From a bacterium (GTDB taxonomy: Bacteria > UBA8248 > JACPRG01 > G963555815), in the NCBI GenBank assembly GCA_965261595.1, contig CBDHDG010000005.1, positions 1 through 64,000 on the forward strand: DNA of 64,000 bases. The letters are read 5' to 3'. A program made the translations under genes and the position numbers. Each line of letters begins with the position of its first letter. The stretch's first letter is position 1. Below, piece by piece: positions 53,441 to 64,000 of the stretch. Under the pieces are notes generated by a model that saw only the letters and a program-made list of their open reading frames with translations, was not told the DNA's origin and did no database searches.

Positions 53441-54742
53441 TTGGGAGGGCGGGAGGTGGCGGCGAAACCCGGGATTCAAGCCGAGCGCATCCGGTCGGAC
53501 TTGGTGAGGTTCGCCCGCATCGGGGCGATGCCCGGCGGCGGCGTCCAGAGGCTTTCGTTCTCCCCACAGGAGATCGCGGCCCGCCAGCTCGCCCTGCACC
53601 TGATGCAGGCGGCGGGCCTCACGGTCCGGATAGACGGGATCGGCAACCTCTTCGGCCGGGTGGAGGGGAAAATCCCGGCGCTTTCCCCCCTCTGGGTGGG
53701 CTCCCACATTGACACGGTTCCGGCGGGCGGAAAATTCGACGGAAGCGTCGGCGTGGCGGCGGCCTTGGAGGTCGTCCGCGTCCTGCGCGAGGATTCGGCG
53801 CCCCCGGATCGCCCGGTGGAGGCGGTTGTCTTCGTCTCCGAGGAGTCCAGCCGGTTCGGCCTGGCGACCATCGGAAGCGGCGTCGTGGCCGGGGTGTTGC
53901 GGCCCGAGGAGCTCCTGGAGCTTCGGGACGCGGACGGCCGCCGCTTGGTGGACCTCCTGGCCGCTCAGGGCTTCGACGCGGAAACCATCGCGTCTGCGCG
54001 CATCGGACCGGACGATGTGCGTGCGTTCTTCGAGGTCCACATCGAGCAGGGCCGGGTGCTTGAGACGGAGGGGATGGGCATCGGCATCGCCACGGCCATC
54101 GCCAACTCCACCCGGTTGCGGATCACGTTTCTGGGCCGGGCCGATCATTCCGGCGCGACACCGATGAGTCTTCGGCGCGACGCCTTTGTAGCCGCCGCCC
54201 ACCTGACCACCTATATTGAAACCCTCTGCCGGGAAACCGATCCCCCCGTTGTGGGGACGGTCGGCGTCGTTCGTGTCGAGCCGGGCGCGATGAACGTCAT
54301 CCCCGGCCGCGTGGAGCTGGGCGTAGACATCCGCTCCACCTCCGGACCGGCGAAAGAGGCGGTGGCGGAACAGGTGGAGGCGGAGGCCCGGCGAATCGCC
54401 GAAGGGCGCGAGCTGGGCATCGAGGTCGAGCTCCTGGGCCGGGGCGTTCCTGTGGCGCTGGGGAAGGAGATGGTGGATCTCCTGGAGGATGTTTGCCGCT
54501 CGCGGGGGTGTCCATACCGGCTCTTGCCCTGCGGCGCGGGACATGACGCCATGCAGATGGCCCGGCTCACCAAGGCTGGCCTGGTCCTCATCCCCTGCCG
54601 CGAGGGGGTCAGCCACAACCCGGCCGAGTGGGCCGAGATGGCGGAAATCGTGCAAGGGGCGGAAGTGATCCTCGAGGCCGTCCGCCGGTTCGAGGGCCGG
54701 CGGCCTCAGGGTTCTTCAGACGCCGAAAGGAATGAGACATGA
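53441..54742 (+). CDS. M20 Zn-dependent amidohydrolase (allantoate/N-carbamoyl-amino acid hydrolase)
   Basis: GSHIDTV, EESSRF, EVHIEQG, GAGHDA, SHNPAE motifs. Confidence 0.9.
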   Translation: MGGREVAAKPGIQAERIRSDLVRFARIGAMPGGGVQRLSFSPQEIAARQLALHLMQAAGLTVRIDGIGNLFGRVEGKIPALSPLWVGSHIDTVPAGGKFDGSVGVAAALEVVRVLREDSAPPDRPVEAVVFVSEESSRFGLATIGSGVVAGVLRPEELLELRDADGRRLVDLLAAQGFDAETIASARIGPDDVRAFFEVHIEQGRVLETEGMGIGIATAIANSTRLRITFLGRADHSGATPMSLRRDAFVAAAHLTTYIETLCRETDPPVVGTVGVVRVEPGAMNVIPGRVELGVDIRSTSGPAKEAVAEQVEAEARRIAEGRELGIEVELLGRGVPVALGKEMVDLLEDVCRSRGCPYRLLPCGAGHDAMQMARLTKAGLVLIPCREGVSHNPAEWAEMAEIVQGAEVILEAVRRFEGRRPQGSSDAERNET

Positions 54743-55296
54743 ACAGCGAGGCGCGCTGCATTCTCACGGCGGGCGACATCCAACGGGCCCTGGACCGCAT
54801 GGGGGCCGAAATCGTCGAACGGAACCGGGGCATTCGCGGCCTGGCCCTCGTGGGAATCCGGACGCGCGGGGAGTTTCTGGCCCAGCGTCTTCAGCAGTCC
54901 ATCGCCTTTCACGCCGTCACGGGTTCCGGAGAGGGCGGGAAGGTGCCGGTGGGCGTGCTCGACACCACCATCCACCGGGATGACTACGACCCCCTGCGCG
55001 GGGAGGTGCAGATCCACAGGACCGAAATCGCCTTCGATGTGGAGGGGCTTCACCTGATCCTGGTGGACGATGTTCTTTGGACGGGGCGGACGGTGCGGGC
55101 CGGGATGACGGGGGTGATGAGCTTCGGGCGGCCCAGCCGGATCAGTCTGGCGGTCCTGGTGGACCGCGAAGGTCGGGAGCTTCCCATCAGCGCCGATTTT
55201 TGCGGCCGGGAGATTTCGACCGCGCCGGACGAGCGCGTGAAGGTGCTGCTTCAGGAGGTCGACGACCGCGATGAGGTCCTGGTGATCCGGAACTGA
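54739..55296 (+). CDS. pyrR: PyrR regulator/uracil phosphoribosyltransferase
   Basis: GIRTRG, LVDDVL.TGRT, RELPI.AD motifs. Confidence 0.9.
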   Translation: MNSEARCILTAGDIQRALDRMGAEIVERNRGIRGLALVGIRTRGEFLAQRLQQSIAFHAVTGSGEGGKVPVGVLDTTIHRDDYDPLRGEVQIHRTEIAFDVEGLHLILVDDVLWTGRTVRAGMTGVMSFGRPSRISLAVLVDREGRELPISADFCGREISTAPDERVKVLLQEVDDRDEVLVIRN

Positions 55297-55640
55297 GGGG
55301 AAAACCGCGGGGGGCGCTTTTTGTAAGGCGCCCCCCCGCACCCCCCCGCAAAACTTTCTGACGGCCCGGCATTTCATGCCGGGCCTGCTGGGGTTGGGCG
55401 TCAGGCCGGCCGGCCTGAGAGTCTGTGCGTTTCCGGTGGCTTGGGTCTTTGTCCGGATGCCCGTCTGCCTACGACACTTGCGTGTCTTCGGCAGCCGCAG
55501 CATCCGGACAAGGGGCCAGGTTTCTTGCGACAGCGTGCGGCCCGGAGGGCCGCACGCTGTCGCCTCTTGAAAGTTTTCTGGGGGGTTCCCAACCCCTGGG
55601 AGGGGTTCGAGGGGGCGGCTTTCAAAAAGCCCCCTCCGAG
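55297..55640. repeat. Cluster of REP-like hairpins
   Basis: 17-bp perfect stem 55527-55563; 12-bp stem 55449-55511; G/C-run palindromes at both edges. Confidence 0.65.
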
Positions 55641-55671
55641 GTTTTATGTTTTGCCTTTAGGAGGTTTTGGC

Positions 55672-56088
55672 GTGGAGATTGGAAAGTTGGACCACATCGG
55701 CGTGGCCGTTCGGGACATGGAGCGGGCCATCGCCCAATACGAAAAGACATTGGGGGGCAAGGTCCGCAGCCGCCATCCCAATCACAACAACGAAGTGGAC
55801 GCCGCCTTCGTCCTGATTGGCGACACCGCCATCGAGTTCCTCGCCCCGACGAAGGAAGGAAGCGTTATGGACAAGTTTCTGGAAAAGCGGGGGGAGGGGA
55901 TTCATCACCTGGCGTACAAAGTCCCGGACATCCACCGGGCCGTCCAGACCCTGATCCAGGACGGTCTGACGCCGCTCGACAAAGAACCGCGGCCCGGCAT
56001 TCTGGGAGAGTTGATTTTCTTCTTCCACCCCAAGAGCACCCACGGCGTCCTGATAGAGCTTGTCGAAGCGGCCCCTGAGGGCGGTTAG
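55672..56088 (+). CDS. mce: Methylmalonyl-CoA epimerase (VOC fold)
   Basis: DHIGVAV, GEGIHHLA, FFHPKSTHGVLIEL motifs. Confidence 0.85.
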   Translation: MEIGKLDHIGVAVRDMERAIAQYEKTLGGKVRSRHPNHNNEVDAAFVLIGDTAIEFLAPTKEGSVMDKFLEKRGEGIHHLAYKVPDIHRAVQTLIQDGLTPLDKEPRPGILGELIFFFHPKSTHGVLIELVEAAPEGG

Positions 56089-56315
56089 GGGATGCCCTTT
56101 TTTTTGGCCGGTCCATTGGAAGCGCAAGAATCACAAACGGATTGCGGATTAACGATGATGGCCGGGATGGTTGTTCGTTCTCCCGTTTGAATCCTCAACA
56201 ATTTCGATGACGGTCGGGGATGGCCGGAGGTCGGTTGAGCCCGCGCCCTCCAGCCCTTTCAGATGATCTGACGAACGACTGATTCGTAATGTCCCCGGCC
56301 GGCGGCGCATCGGCG

Positions 56316-57619
56316 TCACGACGGGAGCTCGCAAGGAGCTTCCCCCGGGCTCGGGGTCAAATCACCCTTCCGCGACATCCGCGAAAAGAGTTTTTCAGGA
56401 GTCTGCCGGCAGAGGCGGAAGAGTCCTTTCTTCCCGGGCTTGCGTCTGCTCGGCGCCGTTTCTCCGCCGCAGAGGGTTTCCGCCAGGTTGAACATGGCCC
56501 GGGTGACCGGCGAGCGGGGCGCGCATTCCCATAAAGAGAGTCCCCGGTTGATGGCGTGAATCACCGTGCGATAATCCGAAGGAAGAGATGTGAGGACCGG
56601 GATGCCCACTGTCTTCCCGATTTCCTCCGGGCTCATATCGTCCTCGGCCGGATTGTACCGATTGACGATGAGGCGGATTTTCTTCTCATAGCCCAGGGTC
56701 GTGAAGACATTCAGGGTGCGCTTGGCGTGGGCGACGGCCGCGAGGTGAGGAAGGGTGACCAGCAGAATCGTCCCGGACAGATCCAGGGTTTTCAAATTGG
56801 CGGGAGAGAGATTGTTGCCGGTGTTGATGAGGACGAAATCGAACATCTCCCGCATCTCCAGGATGATCGGACCGATATTTTCCGCCGTCACCTTTTCGGC
56901 CTGTTGGATCTCCTTCGGGGCGGCCAGCACCTCGACGCCAGAGGCGTGAGGAATAAGCGCTTCGTGGAGGGCGGTTCGGATGGGCAGGTCATTGCGTTCG
57001 GCGATCTCGGCCAGGGTGGCGGAGGGGGAGAGGTTCAGGAAGAAGGAGACGTCCCCGAATTCCAGATCCATGTCGATGAGAGCGACCTTCTTGTTTTGCT
57101 CCCGCGCCAGCAGGATTCCCAGGTTGACCGTCAGGGTGGTCAGCCCGCTCCCGCCCTTGGGGCTGAAGAGGGTGATGACCTGCCCGAGCCGCCGGGCGTC
57201 TTTGACCCGCTCGATCCGGGAAAGCGCGGCGATGGCCTCTTCGGAGTCGAAAGGGAAGGCCAGGAAATCCCGGAAGCCGGAGCGCACACCGCGAATCAGG
57301 TGGTCCTCCGTTCCGCCCTTACTCACGCCGAGAAGGACCGATTGGGGCGAGGAATCCGATATCTCGGCCGCAACGGCCATCGCCTAATCCGGGTTGGCGT
57401 CCAGGTTGACGAAGATCGCGACCGGCGCCCCCTCCCGGGCCGCGACGACGGCCTCCGTCCAATCCGGGACGCCCCCCAGAAATGTCCACCCATCCATGGA
57501 CTCCGCGAGGCTCCGCACCTCCCGGAAAATCTTTTTTCCGGATCGACGGCCAGGACGCCCCAGGGCTGTCCCGGCCCTCCATCGGATATTCCTTCGCGTT
57601 CCTTCGGATGGTCGCGCAT
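56316..57619 (-). CDS. cpaE: CpaE/TadZ-like pilus ATPase; N-terminal receiver-like part has a frameshift and a TAG
   Basis: SPKGGSGLTT, IDMDLEFGD, VNR motifs. Confidence 0.75.
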
Positions 57620-57812
57620 GGTCATACCTTATATATCGGTTGTCGGGGCCGCGAGATGAGTCCCGGGGGTTTGTCCCGTGTTTACGAAGGCTTTCGGGGA
57701 AACGGCGCCGCCCTCCCGTTTCGCTCAGGGGGAGGGGGGGGGAGGGAGACGGGTGTGGAGCGAAGGTTCCCGCGAGTTCCGGATTTTGGATGGGGTTGCA
57801 TGGTCCTCATCT

Positions 57813-57897
57813 TTTCGGTAAACTGATTGGATGGAGATTTTCTTCTTCAGACCCGTGCTTTTGCGTCCCGATCTCGCGACCGGTTTGCCGTTATCGG
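57813..57897 (-). ncRNA. c-di-GMP-I (GEMM) riboswitch
   Basis: GGCAAA-CCGGTC-GCGA-GATCGG-GACGCAAA...GGGTCT...TTACCGAA upstream of cpaE; P3 3' arm imperfect. Confidence 0.75.
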
Positions 57898-58092
57898 ACA
57901 TGAGTGACTCGGACGGCGTTTCCGGGGGGGAGAGGGGAGGGGGCAACCCGGATTTTTTCCCGCCGGAATGCGGTGACTCTTCACGCCGTCTTCTTTCAAT
58001 CCTTCATCGGCGAATCGGCCCGAAGGCTTTAGCGGACAACAGAAAGTTTCACCGGGCCTTTCGCCCGTGACCCGCCGAATGGGCGAGGCCGC

Positions 58093-58430
58093 CTACTCCG
58101 CCTGGACGCCGCCCGTGACGACGCCCCCCGCAAGGTCCCGGCGGGCGGCGACGATGGAGATCGTGAACCCCGCGATCACGTCCAGCAGCGACATCAGGCC
58201 GATGATCAGAAAAGCGGAATTGCCCGCGCCGGGCGCCAGGATGAACTCCACCAGAAACACAATGAAGACCAGCATGGACAACGTGTGGTTGATCACGGAA
58301 ACCTTCGTGGTTCGGGTGGCGCGGAAGAGCTCGAAGTACAGGGCCAGGATGCCGAGGACAATCAGGGAGTCGCCGAAGGTCGCGACCCATTCCCCCCCCC
58401 CAAAAAAGACAGCGGAAGGGTGAACAGTGT
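58093..58430 (-). CDS. Conserved hypothetical membrane protein (5' end unclear)
   Basis: GDSLI...E.FRATRT...NHTLSM...AARRD hydrophobic pattern. Confidence 0.55.
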
Positions 58431-58671
58431 GGCGTCTCACAAATACGTGACATGTGTTTTGCCTTTTCCAAGCGAGGGTGTCACTGGCAGCTTGTCTGCC
58501 AGTGCCGCCTCGGAGCAACCCCGCAATGAGATGGAGTTTCCGGTGTCGGGATACCCTTTGGCTTTCCCAAAAAATGCGGCGTCGGCGGACAGACACAACC
58601 GTGTCGCGCCGCCAGTGGCGCCCTTTTCTGAGAAGCTTCAGAATTCGTGAGGTTATTTCTGAGACACGACG

Positions 58672-59694
58672 CTAGGGGGACGGTTCGTGGGCGGCTTGCA
58701 AGGGCCGCGGGTCGGATTCACCGGTGACGTCCACCTCGAAGCCCATGTCCCGAATCATCCGGTGGGCCTCGTCGGGGGGCTGGCCGGGGGTCGTGAGATA
58801 GCCCGAGACGAAGATGGAGTTGGCCGGGTAGAAGGCGAGCGGCTGGAGGGCGCCCAGTTGGATTTCCCGGCCTCCCGCCACGCGGATCTCCGAGCGAGGA
58901 TTGAAGAACCGGACCAGGGAGAGAAGCCGCAGGCAGCGCGCGGCCCCCAGCGCGGCCGTTTCCGCCAGGGGCGTTCCCCCGAGGGCGTGCAGAAAGTTCA
59001 CGGGGATGGACTCGGGCTGAAGCGCGCGAAGCGTCCGGCACACATCGTAGATGTCTTCGCTCGATTCGCCCTGGCCGAAAATCACCCCGGAGCAAAGCTC
59101 CATGCCCGCCCCGCGCGCGGAGTGGAGCGTTTGGAGGCGATCGGCGTAGGTGTGCGTGGAGCAGATGGAGGGGTAGTGCCGCTCGCTGGTGTTGAGGTTA
59201 TGGTTCAGCCGGTCCACGCCGTGCGCCCGGAGGCGTCCGGCCTCCGCCTCGCCGAGGATCCCCAATGAGCAGCAGATCGAGAGGTCGGTTTCGGCTTTGA
59301 TCCGCCGGACCGCCGAGCCGATGTGTTCGATCTCCTCATCCGTGGGTCCGCGCCCGCTGATGACGATGCAATACCGGCGCGATTTCGCCGCCACCGCCCG
59401 CTTCGCCCCTTCGAGCAGGGCCGCTTCATCCATCAGCCGGTATTTTTCGATCGGGGCGGAGGAGACCGCCGATTGGGAGCAGTAAGCGCAGTCTTCCGGG
59501 CACAGACCGCTTTTGGCGTTGACGAGGAGGTGGATCTGGACCTTCCGGCCGAAGAACGCCCGCCTGACCCGGAAGGCCGCGTGAAGGATGGGGAGGAGGT
59601 CGTCCGCCGGGGCGTTGATGATCGCCTCCGCCTCATCCCGGCCGGGCGCGTCCCCGTTCAAAGAGCGTCTCGCCAAATCCTGATAATCCATCAT
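58672..59694 (-). CDS. bioB: Biotin synthase
   Basis: CPEDCAYCSQS, NHNLNTS, SIPVNFL, ANSIF motifs. Confidence 0.95.
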   Translation of the reverse strand: MMDYQDLARRSLNGDAPGRDEAEAIINAPADDLLPILHAAFRVRRAFFGRKVQIHLLVNAKSGLCPEDCAYCSQSAVSSAPIEKYRLMDEAALLEGAKRAVAAKSRRYCIVISGRGPTDEEIEHIGSAVRRIKAETDLSICCSLGILGEAEAGRLRAHGVDRLNHNLNTSERHYPSICSTHTYADRLQTLHSARGAGMELCSGVIFGQGESSEDIYDVCRTLRALQPESIPVNFLHALGGTPLAETAALGAARCLRLLSLVRFFNPRSEIRVAGGREIQLGALQPLAFYPANSIFVSGYLTTPGQPPDEAHRMIRDMGFEVDVTGESDPRPLQAAHEPSP

Positions 59695-59791
59695 GGATGG
59701 ACCGGCTTCCATCGTCACCGGCGGGGTCCTCGGTCTATGGAGTCTTGCGGGCGGCTCTTCCCCGGAAGCGGATGATCCCCGGCCCGTCCCA

Positions 59792-61096
59792 TCACGAGGA
59801 TGCGGCCGCGGGCGGGGGGGCGCCGTACAGGATGTTGCTGAGCGCGTCGCGGACCGACTCGGGGTCCATGCCGTTGGAGCGAAGAAAAGGCCCGCTTTCG
59901 TCCAGGACGCGCTGGATGTCTCCCAGGAGACGGAACCGCTGGAAGTAGGCGTCGTGGTGAATGTCCATCGCCTCGCCGACGAGGGAGATGAAGTTGCGGA
60001 CGGCGAACGGTTGATTCGCCTCCTCGCCGCAGAGCTCCCGGTAGCAGCTGTGATACGTGGCGGCCAGGGTGTCGATGCCCGCCGCCCGGGCCTCCCGGAA
60101 GAGCGTTTCCCTCATGTCCTCCTTGGCCGCTTCCAACAGGAGCGTCGGGCACTGATAGCCGTTCTGGACGAGCTGGGGGATCTCCACCAGCTCGAGGCCC
60201 GGCACGGAGCGCAGGATCTTGCGGACGTCCTCGTTGATTCCCGGCATGCCCGTGTGCTCGTGAAGCCCCACGCGCTTCTCGACCGGCCGGACGTACAGGG
60301 CCTTCAACGCGTCCAACCGGTCCGCCAGAAACCGGGTGATGTGCTCGAACGGCATGTCGGTGGGTTTTCCCAGGGGAGGGCGCTCGGTGTACTGCATCTG
60401 GCAGGAAGGGCAGAAGGTCACCACCTTGTCCGGATCGAAAGCGGCGAAGTGGCTGAGGGAGTTGGCCTTCATCCTCCCGCCCCCCTCCTCGTCCCCCGCA
60501 CGGAGGTGGTTGACGCCGCAGCAGTTCGCCGCGCCGCCCTCGACGACGTAATCCACGTTCAGCTTCTCGAAAACGTCCAGGACAGTGAAAACGATGTGGG
60601 GCGTCTGGAGAAGGTTGCAGCCGAAGTAGAAGACGATGTCCGCTTGGGATTTTTTCCCCCGGCGGACGGCCGTCAGGTGGCGGAACCGCTCGGGCGCCAT
60701 CTGGACGCCCGCGACCAGTTTCAGTGTCTGGCTGAAGCGCTTGAAGAATTCGCCCGTTTCCGCTTTTATCCCGGCCGCGCCGACCTCTTCCACCCTCAGC
60801 TTGGTTCGGGCGTAGGCGAGCATGGTTCGCGGGTTCACCGGCTCCGGGCAGGCGTCGATGCAGAGCCCGCTCATCATGCAGGCCTCCGCCCAGGCGGCGC
60901 CCTCGCCGCGGACTTCTTTGTCCTGGATCAGGTCGATGACGTCCCGCGTCACCCGCTCGGGATCGGTGCCGGCGAGATCGGTGTAGGGGACCATCGGGCA
61001 CGCCTTGAAGCACTCGCCGCAATACGTGCAGGCGGCGGCCATCCGCGCGATGTCCTCGTTCATGTAATCAATGTGAGATGTCGGCAAAGTTGTCAT
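59792..61096 (-). CDS. 4Fe-4S/CCG-domain oxidoreductase
   Basis: CTYCGECFKACP, FYFGC, CCG, CPSC motifs. Confidence 0.85.
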   Translation of the reverse strand: MTTLPTSHIDYMNEDIARMAAACTYCGECFKACPMVPYTDLAGTDPERVTRDVIDLIQDKEVRGEGAAWAEACMMSGLCIDACPEPVNPRTMLAYARTKLRVEEVGAAGIKAETGEFFKRFSQTLKLVAGVQMAPERFRHLTAVRRGKKSQADIVFYFGCNLLQTPHIVFTVLDVFEKLNVDYVVEGGAANCCGVNHLRAGDEEGGGRMKANSLSHFAAFDPDKVVTFCPSCQMQYTERPPLGKPTDMPFEHITRFLADRLDALKALYVRPVEKRVGLHEHTGMPGINEDVRKILRSVPGLELVEIPQLVQNGYQCPTLLLEAAKEDMRETLFREARAAGIDTLAATYHSCYRELCGEEANQPFAVRNFISLVGEAMDIHHDAYFQRFRLLGDIQRVLDESGPFLRSNGMDPESVRDALSNILYGAPPPAAASS

Positions 61097-61206
61097 CGTC
61101 TTCTCCTCAAACGTCCACTCGCCGCTGAGCGTTACGGTAAGTTTCATTGTAGACCCGGAATCGCGCATCTCCAAGCCGCCCCGTATAGGAACGCGCGCGG
61201 TTTCCC

Positions 61207-61533
61207 TTACGCGATGAGCCAGCGGAACAGGTGGAAGGTCGCGAGGGCGATTCCGATAATGAGCAGGACATTGCGAAACCACAGGGCGGCCCCCAGGGCC
61301 GCGAGCGCCGCGTAGAGTGCCGGGTTGGCCTCGAAGCCGGCGAACTCGCCCCCCGGAAAACCGACCAGAGAGACGGTCAGGGTGGCCAACGCCGCCACCG
61401 GCGCCGCTTCCAGGCAATGTTTCAAAAAGGGCGGCAGGCGGAGCCGTCCCGCCGTCGCGAGGATGGGACCCCGGGACAGGTACGTGACGGCCGCCATCGC
61501 CAGGATCAGGTAGAAGACCGGCTGCGTAACCAA
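61207..61533 (-). CDS. azlD: AzlD-family membrane protein
   Basis: MAAVTYLSR..P motif; follows azlC. Confidence 0.8.
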   Translation of the reverse strand: MVTQPVFYLILAMAAVTYLSRGPILATAGRLRLPPFLKHCLEAAPVAALATLTVSLVGFPGGEFAGFEANPALYAALAALGAALWFRNVLLIIGIALATFHLFRWLIA

Positions 61534-62222
61534 TTCAGGTAGCCTCCCGCGACAGAGATGAGGACGATGGTGACCAGGACGGCGTGCGCGTGGGGGAGAA
61601 CGGCGGCGGCGCCGGCCGTGACGGGGACGGCCAGCAGGGCGACCGCGATCTCGGCGGGGCCGCGAAGCAGGGGAATGAGGATGGCGATAAAGACGGCGGG
61701 GTTGACGATCTCCAGGCCCATGTCCCGGATCTCGGGAAGCGATTCCAGCAGGTAGCCGCCGATAAAGCTCGCGGGGATCCAGGTGAGGTAAATGAAGAGG
61801 GTGACCGCGAGATAGTAGGCGTCCTTGCGCGGCGCTTCGGGATCGCGCAGGCACCGGGCGATGGACAGGGCGTAGGCCGCGTCCACCAGCCCAAAGCCGA
61901 TGAAGGCCAGCCAGCGGGGCCTCCGGTCCCGGAAGTGGGGGGCCAGCGAGGCCGCGTAGAGGACGTAGCGCAGGTTCACAAGGAACGTGGTGAGGACGAT
62001 GAGGACGAACCCGGCTCCCTGTTTCATCAGCCCCACGGCGATGAGCTGGGCCGGCCCCGCGTAAACGATGGCCGACATCAATCCGGCCTCGACCCAGGTC
62101 AGCCCGGCGGCACGGGCCAGCGCCCCGAAGATGAAACCGATGGCCGTCAGGCCGATGACGATGGGGAAAGACTCGCCCAGTCCCCTGCGAAATTCCGCCC
62201 GCGCGGCGTCCGATTCAATCAT
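61506..62222 (-). CDS. azlC: AzlC-family branched-chain amino acid exporter
   Basis: MSAIVYAGPAQ, NLRYVLY motifs. Confidence 0.9.
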   Translation of the reverse strand: MIESDAARAEFRRGLGESFPIVIGLTAIGFIFGALARAAGLTWVEAGLMSAIVYAGPAQLIAVGLMKQGAGFVLIVLTTFLVNLRYVLYAASLAPHFRDRRPRWLAFIGFGLVDAAYALSIARCLRDPEAPRKDAYYLAVTLFIYLTWIPASFIGGYLLESLPEIRDMGLEIVNPAVFIAILIPLLRGPAEIAVALLAVPVTAGAAAVLPHAHAVLVTIVLISVAGGYLNWLRSRSST

Positions 62223-62291
62223 GAAGGCGTCCAAAGGTTCGTCGGGCTTGGCGGCCGCCCCGCGTGAGGCGGCGCGAAACGCTTCCGCCGC

Positions 62292-63554
62292 TCACAAGGC
62301 GGGGGAGGCGGCCCGGCCGATGGACCGGGGCAGGAGCAGGTAGTACGCCCCCGGGTGTTTCATCCGTCCCGCGTAGGCTTCGGCCCGGTCCCCCGTCCCC
62401 CAGAAGATGTCGCCCCGGACCGGACCTCGAATGGCGCCGCCCGTATCCTGGGCGATGAACAATCGGCGCAAGGGCCGCCGATCTCTCCAGGACCGGCCTT
62501 CCGCGGGGGCGTAGGTGTCGAGCCAGAGCGGGACGCCGAGAGGGATGAACCGCCTGTCCACGGCCAGCGATCGGAGGGCCGTCAGCGCGACGCCCTGCGC
62601 CCCGATGGGGCCGTCGCCTTCGATTTCCCGGAAAAAGATGTAGGACCGATTCTTTTCCAAAAGGGCGCGTCCCTTTTTCGGATGGCTCTTCACCCAGGCC
62701 CGGATGGACTGGAGCGTGACGCCCTCGCGTGCGAGGGCGCCGGTGCGGATCAGTTCCCGCCCGATGGAGCGGTAGGCGTGGCCGTTTTGGCCGTCATAAC
62801 CGATCCGCAGGAGGGTTCCGTCTTCCAGGATCACCCGGCCCGAGCCCTGGACGTGAAGAAAGAAGGCGGCGACGGGATCGTCCACCCAGACGATTTCGAG
62901 TCCCCGTCCTTCCAGGGCGCCGGCGTTGATGCCCGCCCGGTCGTCGTACGGCCTGAGCTTGCCCCCTTCGACCTTGCCGACGATCCGCCGCCCCCGCAGG
63001 TCCCTTTGGAATTGGCCCAGGTCGACCGTGACCAGGTCTTTCGGCCGGTTGTAAAGAGGGTGGAAGTACGGCCCGCCGCGCGTGCGGGAGCCGCGGAGGA
63101 CCGGCTCGTAGTAGCCGGTGAACAGCCCGTTCGGGTCATCGTGGTCGGCCGCCCGGTAGGGGATGAACCATTTCTCGAAAAAGGCCCGCGCGCCCGGATT
63201 GTCCCGGGGACGGCCGTCCTCCAGCCGGGCCGCTTCGGCGCAGACGGCCCGCCAGTCGGCGACGCGTCCGGCGAAGCGCTTGCCGTCGATGGGCCGTGGG
63301 TCCGGCTGCCGATGAAGGCGTTCACAGGATTTCCGGAAGACGGGAAGGACCTCCGCGTGACGCTCCGCCCGCCACCCCGGCAGGTCTTTGAAGGCGGTCC
63401 GCTCCAGGATCAGTTGTGCGCGTCCGTGGACGGGGCCGGAGATTCGCTCGGGAGCGGAAGGCCCGAGGGAAATCGCGCAGCCGGAAAGGGCGAGGAGAAG
63501 AAGGAAGAACCCCCCGAGCGGGCCAAGGGGGGAACGCCGACGGGTCATCTTCAT
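62292..63554 (-). CDS. mltA: Lytic murein transglycosylase A (lipoprotein)
   Basis: LSGC lipobox, TGYYEP, QGSG, AQDTGGAI.G..RGD motifs. Confidence 0.9.
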   Translation of the reverse strand: MKMTRRRSPLGPLGGFFLLLLALSGCAISLGPSAPERISGPVHGRAQLILERTAFKDLPGWRAERHAEVLPVFRKSCERLHRQPDPRPIDGKRFAGRVADWRAVCAEAARLEDGRPRDNPGARAFFEKWFIPYRAADHDDPNGLFTGYYEPVLRGSRTRGGPYFHPLYNRPKDLVTVDLGQFQRDLRGRRIVGKVEGGKLRPYDDRAGINAGALEGRGLEIVWVDDPVAAFFLHVQGSGRVILEDGTLLRIGYDGQNGHAYRSIGRELIRTGALAREGVTLQSIRAWVKSHPKKGRALLEKNRSYIFFREIEGDGPIGAQGVALTALRSLAVDRRFIPLGVPLWLDTYAPAEGRSWRDRRPLRRLFIAQDTGGAIRGPVRGDIFWGTGDRAEAYAGRMKHPGAYYLLLPRSIGRAASPAL

Positions 63555-64000
63555 TGGACGCTCGGATAACGACTCGACATCGGAAATGGCCAAAGACATT
63601 CCAATTGAAAGTAATAGGATGGGTCGGTTTCGTCAAGTGAAATGGAGTTTGGGGGGGACCTCCATCTCTGAAGTCGCCGGTCCCCGGGAAGGATGCGACG
63701 TCTGGGTTTCCCATGTTTTGGACCCATGCCTGCGGCGGAGGATCCGTAATTTGATACAATCCGGATGGAAGCGGTGGATTCCGGTTCCGGCGCGAAGTCG
63801 CGGAACCGGATTCGTCCAGGACGTCTCAAAGACTGCCGACTCCCGGTCAACGGGCAAGACGCCGCGGGGGGGGGGCTGTCCGAGGATTTTCATGGAGCGA
63901 TCGATGCGAGAGGTGAATCTTCTGGACGCGTATCCCAGGATCCAGCGTCCGATCAAAGAGCGGGCGCAATGGAAAGATCGGACCGAAGAGGGCCGGGCCG

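Overview
Bases 1 to ~52,460 are the right-hand part of a decaying F-type (MPF-F / MOB-F) integrative conjugative element. Bases ~53,400-64,000 are host chromosome: an M20 amidohydrolase, pyrR, mce, an orphan cpaE with a c-di-GMP-I riboswitch, bioB, an Fe-S protein, azlCD and mltA. The element runs traV'-traC-HD-trbI-S26 peptidase-traW-U-trbC-N-F-H-G-(eex-like)-traD-traI. It then carries an intact, more AT-rich three-gene operon (small protein, PIN-domain protein, AAA-type ATPase), which is the best candidate for an undescribed defence system. Next come an RHH relaxosome gene and an F-like oriT (TGCGTGGGGTGT^G), followed by a leading region (DUF2493, toprim, ssb, small acidic and zinc-finger proteins, ssDNA hairpins). 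The last ~20 kb is a nest of IS elements (IS3 x2, IS256 x3, IS1595 x2, IS1380, IS481, IS1182, IS1 remnant) that ends in a broken tyrosine integrase. Two IS1595-family elements carry passenger genes: a membrane protein in the copy that splits traG, and a DUF262-HNH (GmrSD-like) nuclease that reconstructs in frame once two nested IS are removed. In both elements each terminal inverted repeat contains a TTGACA -35 box with a -10 box 17 bp away. Many single-base frameshifts (e.g. traC) may be long-read assembly errors. All family assignments come from motif recognition by eye; no database searches were run.
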